Assembly (NCBI GenBank): GCA_034780895.1
Contig: JAUZTB010000002.1
Location: 40,109,020 to 40,173,019 of the forward strand
Length of the DNA stretch: 64,000 nucleotides
Source: Rhynchobatus australiae
Taxonomy: Eukaryota
Reading direction: 5' to 3'
The notes beneath the pieces are model-generated. The model was not told the origin of the DNA. It worked only from the letters and a program-made list of their open reading frames with translations, and did not search any database. The translations under genes and the position numbers were made by a program. This document shows, in pieces, positions 25,441 to 36,315 of this stretch (its first letter is position 1; the number at the start of each line of letters is the position of its first letter).

Positions 25441-28199
25441 GTGAGAAGTAGGCTTATATTACACAGAGAATTGCATTGTCCATCATTAATTCTCAATAGA
25501 ATCAAGATTATTGTAGGGGAATAAGAAATCTAATTTAGTCATGTGATATGTTTTTGTCCCATCTACACCCATTATACCCTTAATTTGTTATTAAACTTCC
25601 CTATCCATTTTACTCACTTCTTAATGAGTCCTTCATGTTAACTTTCCAAATGAGTGTGCTGTGCCACTTATCACTGTGGTGTTGGGTAAGCCATTTTAAA
25701 CTCCAACTTCCGAGCTTCCCATTGCCACTATCAGTTTGCTGCCATCTGTAAATTTATCTTCCCACAGACACCAGTTTCTCTTTTCACAATTAGACCTCTG
25801 ATTATCAAACACAATCACTGTTATTCTGAAGTCTCAAAAAAAAATCTCTCTCCACCACTGTGATTTGCCCCAACCATCAAAATCAGCTGACAAATTCTGA
25901 ATTGAATCAAGGCTACATTGTTCCTGGTTGCAAAATGAGGGAAGTCTGGTCAGAGCTGAATGGGGGATAAAAGTCCAGTATTAGTGAGGTCAGTATGCTT
26001 TGACACTAATGGGAAAAAATTCATCCCATTGAGAAAGCATAGGATACCACCCCATTTACTCCTGCACATCCAACCATACCTAAACTGTGGACCAGTTTCA
26101 TAATAAAACAAAGCACAAGTCAGCAGCAACCTACTATCTACTTTAATGCTTCCCTAGGGAAAGAATTCAGCTATTCAGACAATAAGCCTGATCCACCAAT
26201 CAATTAGACCATGGCTGATCTGTTTCTCAGCTTCATTTACTCTCATTGCTTTTTATCTACAGATCTTCCTCCATGCAAACTCTCAGTGTATTGATCCACT
26301 TGTTCTAGAGTCTAAATCCAGAGTCTAAAGCATTTTGGAGAAGATTATTCCTGATTTCCAGTTCCCCTTGTGTGAAGTCATGCTTCCTGACATTACCCTA
26401 AAACAATCCATGGCTAATTTTAAGATTGTAATCCTTTGCTCTGGAATCTCTTACCAGTTTCTTTCTAAGTACTCTATTAATAAATCATCATAAACATTAG
26501 ATTGTACTTCAGTTTTCCACAGTCAAGAAAGTGCAGGCCTAGCCTCTCCAACGTCATAATAAATTAATACTTTCAGCCCTCCACCACCCCCCCCCCCCCC
26601 TCAAGCAATACTACTACTCCTCATAACCTTGCAATCTAGGAACTTTCACATTACAACAATACCTCCCCCAATCCTTTCATCAACATACTGTTGCAATAAC
26701 AGCTATCACTTACTGATAATCCAGCTCAAAATTTTTGGAACAACCTCCTTGTTAACTACACCTTTACATTCTATATTCTCTCTCTACCTCTCTCTCATTC
26801 AACAATCAACCCTATGGGGAGCTCCATAAATAGCTACTGTTAGTCATTTGTTACAATCTCAGTATTGGACATGGTTCATGTTGTCATGTTTGTTTTACCT
26901 TTGGCTTAAATTATACTGTGAAAACAAATAAAGCCACAAATGATTAGTTTCCACATCAATATCTGTATCAAATGTTGAGAACTTCTTTATTCTCCTAAAC
27001 CCTCTGTAAGTTTATGGATCATTTGAAAGACAGAGCAAAAACTCCCAACAGTAATTAAAAAGCACAGTGAAACATGAAATCTGAAATAAAAACATAAGAT
27101 TCTGGAGATGTCTGCAGAATCTCCAGCAATTTCTGTTTTTGCTGTACCATGTAGCTTTGGACAAGTGACAGTCTGAAAGGGACAGAGAAGTAATAGGACA
27201 CAGGAACTCAAATGGCTAAAAGTAATCACAGCATCATATAAACAGCAAACCAAGTACTGGAGCTCATTTTGACAGATGTCAAAAATCAGAGAACTTAGGT
27301 TGAAATTTTATCATTTAGATGGCACTGAGAGCAAAAGGCAGTCTTCCAATCATCATATTATAACAAGAAAATGAAATCTTTGAAGGAGGTACAAAATAAT
27401 TTACAAGGACGATACCAGAACTTGAAGATTATACACTATCGAGAAAACTGAGCAGACTAGGGCATACTTGTCTACAGAGGAAAAGTCTGAAAACTTACCT
27501 GGCAGAGACTGGGTAAACGTGGAGAAGTTTCTTTTGCTGATGGTTGCAGAAATTAGTTCCTGGACTTGTTGCCAGATGCACAGACTATAAATCTCGAGAT
27601 TCATGTAAATGCAAGTAATTAAATAAACTAGTAATAAAAACCAAACATCAGGCATGGTGGTGGCAATGAAACCATTGTAGTATTGCAAACACCTATTTGC
27701 TTTACTTATGCCCCTGAGAAAAGGAAATCTGCCAACATTATGCAGTCTGTGACTCCAGTTCCTGAGTATTGTAATTCACTCTTAATTGTCCTTTGAAACA
27801 GCTTAGCAAACTATTCAGTTTAGAGGCATCCAAGAGTGAACAATAACCAACAATTATGAAGTGAACAAGTGAAACAAAAACATGTGAGGTAGTCCAAAAT
27901 TAGGAACAATAAATATAAAATAAAGACAATATGGAATTCAGGGGAAACTTTTTGTCCAGTGAGTTATAAAAATATGGAATTCACGGGAAAGCTAGATAAG
28001 TGGAGAAGCAAGACGTTGTGGCCTGCTTCTGCTGTACCATTGTTGCAACAATTTAAGCAAGGTACTAGCAGTAAATCATGGGCACAAGTGGGAAAAGTAA
28101 TCACAATATGATGAACTATATAAGGGAATAAAAATATTAGCTTGGTACACAAACTTAATCTATGGCCTGCTGCAAATTTTCAATCAATGAAGTACTTAT

Positions 28200-28515
28200 T
28201 GCTATATTGTCGTGGGTGTTATACTGGAAATAAAGAAGGCAATTTGTGCACAGCAAGTCTCTAAAAATAGCAATGTTGCAATGACCAGGTATTCTAATAA
28301 TTGAGGTATAACTATTGCCCAAGACATCTCTTGATCTATTCTGAGAAAGTATAATGGATCTTTTACATCCACCAGAAGAGATGGGCTGGTCCTCTGTCCA
28401 ATGTCATAGCTAAATGAAGCCACCTCTGACATCCTGGCAATCCCTCAGCGTGACACTATAGTGTCAGCCTAGACGTTCGTGCCCAAGTATCCAGAGTGGA
28501 ACTTGATCTCATAAG
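28200..28515 (-). mobile_element. Deu-domain SINE (SacSINE1/AmnSINE1 superfamily)
   Basis: gcaatttgtgcacagcaag...atggatcttttacatccacc...cacctctgaca..tccctcag..gtgtcagcctaga..agagtggaacttga matches the reverse-complemented DeuSINE body and tRNA-derived head. Confidence 0.7.
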
Positions 28516-28942
28516 GAGGTATACAAACCTGGCATTATTATGTAATTCATTCTACATGTAAAAATTTGTGAACCCAAATTTTGAACATATTAAACACAAT
28601 TTAATTCTATTTCAAGGATTTGTTCTTTGCTAAAAAAACTGAAGAATTAGCTCAAGTTCTTTGAATACACTTACTCACCCCCCATTATTTTTCATAAAGC
28701 TTCCAAATATCTGCTTGTTTGCCAGTATAGCTCATGATACTAAACTGCTAATTTTTGTAAATATGAAAAAAAATCATAATCAGCTTCACATTATTGGCCA
28801 TTTTTTATTCATCTTTCAAAATGTACATCCTAGAAAAATAAAGGGTAATATTGAAATCAGTTCAACGCTTATAATGAAGCACTATATAATATAAATACTA
28901 ATACCATAATCTAAACCAGATCTCTTCATTTTGTGTTAACAG

Positions 28943-30777
28943 TCAGATGGTATCGAGGGCCAGCAGGTCCACCAGGACAACGTGGTCCACCAGGCCCACC
29001 AGGATACCCAGGAAAATCAGGTGCCGGAGCTCCAGGACCACCAGGTCAACCAGGGCAGCCAGGTCCACAGGGGCTACCAGGCATGGGGAAGCAGGGTATT
29101 CCAGGAGCACCAGGAAAGCCAGGTGAAAGAGGGTATCCTGGACCAAAAGGGAGCATGGGACCTCTTGGCATGCAAGGACAGAAAGGTTTACCAGGTCCAA
29201 GAGGATTTCCAGGGCCAAATGGATTGTCCATTCCTGGTAAGCCGGGTGCACAAGGGCCGCCAGGTGCTTCAGGACCAATAGGTCCACCTGGGGAAAAAGG
29301 AGAACCAGGGTACCCTGGTCTAATTGGTGCAAAAGGAGAAAAAGGAACTGGAATACCAGGGCGTGCAGGAGAAAGGGGCCCTCCGGGACCACCAGGACCA
29401 CAAGGAATTCGTGGTGAATCAGGATATGGAAAACCAGGAGCCCCGGGCCTTCCTGGCAAGCCAGGAGAAAAAGGTGAAAAAGGCTTAGCAGGTTCACCTG
29501 GATACTCTGGTGCACCAGGTCAAAGAGGACCGCCTGGGCTACCTGGACCACCAGGTATTGGAAAGCCTGGAGTGGATGGCACACCAGGGTTACCAGGACC
29601 TCCTGGACGCCAGGGTCCCTCTGGTTCCCAAGGCTCACCAGGTGAACCCGGACTTCCTGGTTTTGGAAGACCAGGCCCACCAGGACTTAAAGGGGACACA
29701 GGTTCACCAGGCCCTGCCGGATATCCTGGAGGGAAAGGAGAAAAAGGTGCCCCAGGTAATACAGGAGCTTCTGGACTTTTATGGCCATCCGGTCCACCTG
29801 GGCCTCAAGGTCTACGTGGTGCACCTGGTGCACCGGGTGCACCAGGAGCTAAAGGGGAACGGGGCTCAGCAGGTGCTCAAGGATATCAAGGACAAAAGGG
29901 TGAGACAGGTCCTGGGGGTGCCCCAGGTAAATCAGGAATTCCAGGAGAACCTGGTCTGCCTGGGCCAGAGGGTCCAAGGGGACCTCCTGGCCAAAAAGGT
30001 GCCATTGGACCCATTGGGCCACCTGGAGAAACAGGTGAAACTGGTCCTCCAGGTCTTACAGGGCCACCAGGATTCTCAGGTGAAGTTGGATTGAATGGAC
30101 CCCCTGGACCTCCAGGTTTAAGAGGACTGCCTGGTTACCCAGGTCCTCCAGGATTCCCTGGAGAAAAAGGAGATCCAGGATCTCCAGGGCCACCAGGACC
30201 ACCAGGTCTTTCTTCCAGCTTCCATGAGAAGTTACCTCAAGGACGACCGGGCCCTCCAGGCCCAGAAGGTCCACCAGGTCCACCTGGGCCCCCTGGTGCA
30301 CCAGGGCCTCCAGGGGAAGGTGCACATTCAGGAAAGTATGGGGGCTACAATGGTTACATCATGCCAGGAGTCACAAATTCATATCCAGCTTTTACGGCCA
30401 TTCTTTCAGAATCCTTTCCAGCAGCCCAACAACCTATAGCATTTGATAAAGTACTCGCCAATCAAAATAATGATTATGATCCTTCAACTGGAATATTTAC
30501 ATGTAAAATGCCAGGTATCTATCAATTTACTTACCATTTACAAGTCAAAGGAGGAAATGTTTGGGTTGGACTGTTCAAAAACAATGAACCTATAATGTAC
30601 ACATATGATGACTATACAGAAGGTTATGTTGATCAAGCCTCAGGAAGTTCTATAATACACTTACGTGAAAATGACCAAGTTCATGTTGAGTTACCTTCAG
30701 CTGAGTCCAATGGCTTATATTCTTCTGATTATATGCATTCATCCTTCTCAGGATTTTTAATTAGTCAAACTATTTGA
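28943..30777 (+). CDS. col10a1: Collagen X alpha-1-like copy A, large terminal coding exon (triple helix about 28957-30321, C1q/NC1 about 30385-30774). Full protein 644 aa, or 668 aa with the 72-nt exon
   Basis: Acceptor ttaacag|tc in phase 1; about 455-aa Gly-X-Y domain with 8 interruptions in a single exon; NC1 PAFTAILS...[46 protein letters not shown]...[17 protein letters not shown]. Short NC2 and SSxY(V/M)H favour type X over type VIII. Confidence 0.95.
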
Positions 30778-31843
30778 TGCACATCAATCATACTGGCAAT
30801 TCCCCCAGCCACCCGCCATCACCCACAACCATCCCACCTCCAACGTAGCGGCGAGTTGTTTATACATGCTCGCGGAGTCCCAGCAATTCACACAGAATAC
30901 TTTAAAAAGGCTTCACGACTAAAATGTTTTGGGTCTCTTGCAGGACACCATAGGGAAACATGGCACGTTTTCCACCCACCATCTACCCAGGGTGGGCTCT
31001 GGTTGAAACTCATTTCAAAAGTGCTTTATCGAACTGTCCCATTACTATCTCTGGTGAAATGGCAGTAAGGTTTCTCACCGTGTTTGAGAAAGTTCATGGA
31101 AAATACATTGCAAAATACATATCTATTGCCCACTGTTTCTAAGGAAATTTAGTGTCATTCACTCATCTCCATCCTACCAAAGAAAGACAGCGGAGAATTA
31201 CCATTATTTCAAATAACTTAGTTAAAATGTATTTCTTCAAGAGTTTATAATGATCTATCACATAATGGTTTACTTGACTAACTGATCAATGCTTATTTTC
31301 GTCCACATCAACATCAAGCATTATATCCCTTCAGATGGAACCTAGAGGTATTTTCCAAATAATTACAACATGCAGCCATTTCTCATGGTAGCAAAAAAAT
31401 AAGAGAACCCATTGTGTCACAGTGAATTATCTTTAAAGTAGCAAGTGCAAGTTTTGAGAAATATACTGTCAAAAAATTGAACAAACTAGATTTTTCATAT
31501 TATGTTGTCTTAAACTGAAATATCACAATATAAATGCAATTTTTAAAGAAAAATTCATACTTTTCTGTTTTCCACACAGACCTACTCAAAGCCAATCTGC
31601 TCCACACCAATAATTATCTTAAAGATTTGACAAATTCTAAAATTAATTATTCCACAATTAAATCACAGAGAGGTGCTTTGGATAAGAGAGTTCCTTCTCC
31701 ATTTCCAAAATAACAGGAAGCAACTGGCAATATTGTACAGTAAAATATGTTGAACCTTTTTTTATAAACCCGAGGCCTTAGAAACTGTATCAAAATGCAT
31801 TAATAGCCACAAAGCATTTTATTATTTCAGAATGTGTATATAA

Positions 31844-31849
31844 AATAAA
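31844..31849 (+). terminator. Probable polyadenylation signal of copy A
   Basis: AATAAA about 1.07 kb after the stop, similar to the distance in copy B. Confidence 0.5.
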
Positions 31850-34744
31850 ATTGTTTATGATGCTACTCTAAAGCTCGCTTGCTTCTGTTAAACCAGAATT
31901 ATGGAAAATAGCCTCTGGAGGTGCTCAATCATTATAAGTTTAGCCATGCTGAGCCACAGATTGGCAAGAACGGCACATGACTTCTGAGCAAGTGTGGAGG
32001 TGGAGGGCATAGATTAGGGTTTCAATGGCTTGTGGTGAGTGGATAGGAATGGATAAGCCTGGTGGTGGGGCTCACCCGCTGTCAATCTCGAGAAGAAATT
32101 GGTCACTTGCAAGTTCTTCCACTGCACTGGGCCTTGCTGAACAACAGGGAAGTAGAACTGTCCACCAAACAGAAGACTACACATGGGACCTTTCAAGAAG
32201 AAAGCCTGCATCCAAGGGCAAGTATTCAGCATGCTGGACAGTAGAGGATCCAGCCCCTGAGTTTACTGTCAAACTCAAGGCCATGAAAATGGATGAATAG
32301 TCAAAGTGTTAAATCAGGCTCAAATGACAACCAAGGCAAAGATTTATAATGCTCACATCTGCAATATTCAACTGGTAATGAGCTCAGGATGTTTTCTCAA
32401 AGGGACAATGGACTAACACAAAAGTTGTGGATCTATACATTTAAATTCAGTTGTGATATACAAAAAACAATTTCAACATCAGGTGTTAATTACTGGAGCT
32501 ATTTTTTATGGCTATTTAGTTTCCTTTTGATTATTTTGTAATTTTTGCTCTGTGATCCTTGATATGAAATATGAACTTTTGCCTCAGCAAGTGCATACAA
32601 ATATTAGGGACAGAAATGGGCCAAAAGATTCTTCAACCTGCTCCACCATTTGATAAGGTTATGGCTGCTCTTCCATCTCATGTCCACTTTCCCATCTGAT
32701 CTCCTCATTCTTTCATTCCTTTAGGGTTAGATTGCAGACTTGAATAACTGTGCAACAATAGTTCCCTGCTCGTTACCAAGCTTCTCAAGGATAATTAGAG
32801 TTATATAATAAATGCTGGCCTTACCAGCAGTGCCCAGTTCCCAGAAAATTAATGCTAAAACGTGCTGCCTGAGCTGCTGAATAAATCCAGCATTTGCTGC
32901 TGCTATTACTCCTACTCTAGCTCAAAGCTCTGTGTAAATGCAGCAAGATTGTACTTCAATCTGCTTGCAATATAGTCTAATGTACTACAGCTGCTATCCT
33001 AAAGCCTGCTGTACCTCCATGCTACAGATCTGCACTGTAGAACCAACACATCAAGATTGTTTTGCATAAAAATATTTCTTACCATTTTTACAAAAGAGAG
33101 TTTGAATTTCTTTAGCATTGTACAATAATTTTGTATGTTGCACAGAGGAATTAATTTTAAAATGATTGGCTCTCGGTGTGCACTTCTGAACATTTGTTCT
33201 TGGTCATATAAGCATATGACACACATATGCCACAGAATACCAGGCACACATAGTGAATTCAGGGTGCACCACAGACCTTGAAATCATATACCCTAAATTC
33301 ATTTGTGCATTCAGACCTTCTTAATGGCATGGGCCAATCATGCTGAATCAGGCCATTCCTATTTACCTTGAGATTTAATGTCTCCTTTAGTGTTACACCT
33401 GGTCCATTATTGGGGATCTAATGTGTCAATCTTCTGACAGACAGGGCCATTTACAGTATTATGCTTGGTGTTCCCTCCATTCCTGACTCCTTACAATTAG
33501 AGCCCCCAATACCATGCTCTACCACCTCCCTACCTCATCCCCAGATCTCTGCCATATCATGGGACAACTGCCTACCTACTTCTTGGACCTCAGCCCAAAG
33601 AGATGAGTGCCTTTTCTTGAAACGGATCTCTCTCTGAAGTTCCCCATCCACACCTCTCTTCCACCATCCTCTCAACGCCATAAGAAACCACATAGAGACA
33701 AAGTAGGCCACATGGCCCTTCAATCTTCCTCAACAATTTATTAAAATCATGGCTAATCCTATATCTCAAGACCACTTTCCTACAAAGTAGAAGGCAGAGG
33801 GAAAATTTTTTTTTTAATTATTTCAAATCCTGCAGGATTTTCGAAGTGCCTTGTACCAAGTCTCTTTTAATTTCTCCACACCCAGTTACATGAGGAAGAA
33901 ATAACAAAGTGGGAGAAAAGAATGATTTTGTTGGCAAAATATAAATAAACTAGATTGCATCATTTACAAATTTGAAAATGTTTTAATAAGCAGCAGAAAA
34001 GAGCATGTTAACATAATTAAATGTGCAGATATATTGAAAAGTAGCATCACATTGATAATTTACCAAAATGAACATATTAAGGGAATTTATAGCATCATTA
34101 TTTCAATGGCAAAAAAGTTCAATTTCAGTTTTAGCTAGCAGTATGGAATTGCTGAGAAGCAATGCAGTTTATGCTAAACAGCTCCTGTAATTAATTTTTT
34201 CTGTTGGTTAATGAAACCTCATTATTCAAGAAGAGGAACAACCCAATAAAGATAAAGCTTAGATGAAATAATGTCCAAAAACAACGTATAAAACTAGAGG
34301 AAATGCAGCTTTTCCAAGTGAATTTGCCACAGTAAAGTTATTGTTAAAAAAATCTGGGTGCTATAAACTGCTATCCTTCATGTATTTCAATATTTCACAA
34401 ATCAGTGTGAAGAAATGACAAAATGAAACATTAGTTAAAATAATAATTGTCATTTAAAGGTTATAAATGAAATTGGTTTAATTTTGTTCAAAGTGCAAAA
34501 TTTTCACAGTAATGCTTTTAATTTGCTCATTGAAAATATTTTGAATGTTCAGTTGTTTGATCATTTATCATCAGCAAATAAATAATATGTCACAATACTA
34601 TGCACATGGATTGATCAAGAGCCATTTTCATTTTGTCAATCATTTCTTGTGCAGTACCTCACTAACTGCCCAGGCAAAATCCATAAGAATGTTCTGAAAA
34701 GTTAAAAACTTCAAACTTCATATGGTGGAAACCTGGAATACGAA

Positions 34745-35207
34745 CAGAAAATGCTATGAACACTCAGGTCAAGCACCTGTGGGAAGAGAAAAAGAGTTAA
34801 CATTTCAGGTCAAAGAACTTCCAGCAGAACTGGGAAAGAGAGAAGAGCAAGCTAGCTTTTAGTTGCAGAAAGGATGAGAAGAAAGGGAATATATCTGATA
34901 AAGTAAGGCCAGGATTAATATGGGAATAAGCTGTGCATGAATTCATCCAGCTAATGAGACAACGGAGGCAAGAAACACTGTTTCCATTAACTCATCAACA
35001 AGATATCCTGTTTTACACCTCAATTCTAAAAACTACCTTATATTCCTTTTGAACTTTCCATCCCTCCCTCAACCTCTCTACAACATAAAACTAACTTATT
35101 TTCTCTCTTTCCCTATTCTAAAGAAGGGTGTTCGACCTGAAACATCAACTCTGTTTCTCTCTCCATTGATGCTGCCTGACCTGCTGAGTGTTTCTAGCAT
35201 TTTCTGG
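34745..35207. repeat. Inverted pair of Penelope/MER6-like ends (arms about 135 bp)
   Basis: cagaaaatgcta..aacactcag..gagaaaaagagttaacatttcaggtc at the left is the reverse complement of gacctgaaacatcaactctgtttctc..ctgagtgtttctagcattttctg at the right. Confidence 0.65.
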
Positions 35208-35984
35208 TAAGACATATCTGATCCCCCATGTTCTAAAATTTCAACTATATTAGTATGACATTACTACCTTTTATAATCAATTCACATTGTCTCTCATCAT
35301 CTCATATTTATTCAAGTACTCAAGCACTTTGCTCCTGATGACAATTCCAAACATCTTCCTAGAACTGACAAAACTGAAAGATCGATAGTTTCTTTCTCAT
35401 TTCATCTTAAATAAAAATGGCATTAACATTTTTCAAGTCAACAAGCATTAATCTCATTTTTTTAAAAATTGTAAAATTACAAATAATGCAACTGCGATGT
35501 CCTTTTGTTTACTACCCTAAGTTGAAAGCCATTAGATCCTAAATATTGTGACAGAAAAGATTCTGCAGATGCTGGATAATTGTCTCTCCTATGTCCCATT
35601 ACTTTATCCAATACCATTTTGCTTAATTGAATTAAAACTCCTTGATGTGCTTTTGACTTTCTTATGAAAGTGGTATTTCATCCTCTTCCACTGTGATGAA
35701 AATATTCATCTAATATATTTGTCATATCCTTCTTATAGAATATGATATCAAATACTACCTTTATATAATTGGTTTGCATTACTCCAGCTCTCCTAATATA
35801 TCAATGAAAACTTTTACTACTGGCTTTGAAAACTCTTGTAAACTTTTTCACTCCACTCTTATGCACCACACTGCATTTTCCCTGTCCCTCTCTCTTCACT
35901 TCCAGTGCAGGCAGTGGAAACCTGGAGGAGGTTACAGTTGGTAGGCTACTGGAATAGCATGAAACCAAAATCATTGGTACAAGT

Positions 35985-36315
35985 GTATGGTGGCTAGATT
36001 AATGGACTGGTTTCTGGAGACCTGGAATATTAATTCAAAGGTAAGTGAAAATCCCACCATCGCAACTGGGGAATTTAAATTCAAATAAGTCTGGGCTAAA
36101 AAGTTTGTACTTTTAATAGTCATTTGGTTCACAAACTTCCAACAGGGAAAGGAATCTGCTGCCCTTTATGTGACACCAGATCCACACTAGTATGGTCGAC
36201 TTTTAAAGGCCCTCTGAAATGGCCAAGCCAGACACACAGGTCGAGGGGTATTTTGGAATGGGCAATGAACAGTGGCTTACTGTCATCACTCATTTCATGT
36301 GAATAAATTAAAAAC
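35985..36315 (+). mobile_element. Chondrichthyan SINE sharing its 3' tail with the CR1-group LINE
   Basis: aatcccacca..ggaatttaaattc..ggaaaggaatctgc..gccctctgaaatggcc..atgggcaatgaa..gtgaataaattaaaaa; partial copy at about 27710-27860. Confidence 0.55.

Noticed and set aside
27499-27590. Strong minus-strand donor (CAG|gtaagt) as a possible NT5DC1 host-gene exon
   Set aside because: No frame resembles NT5DC1. I found no NT5DC1 exon anywhere in the window, so nesting in its intron (known in other vertebrates) cannot be shown here.
28933-28942. ORF-track starts of the two collagen ORFs (28933 GTG; 57710 ATG)
   Set aside because: They lie in the intron acceptor tracts and give no signal peptide. 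The true starts are in upstream exons at 19730 and 47218.
28943-30439. Antisense and alternative-frame ORFs over the collagen exons, including Gly-Pro-rich minus-strand ORFs (also 57646-58577)
   Set aside because: Shadows of GGN-CCN codon periodicity, not separate genes.
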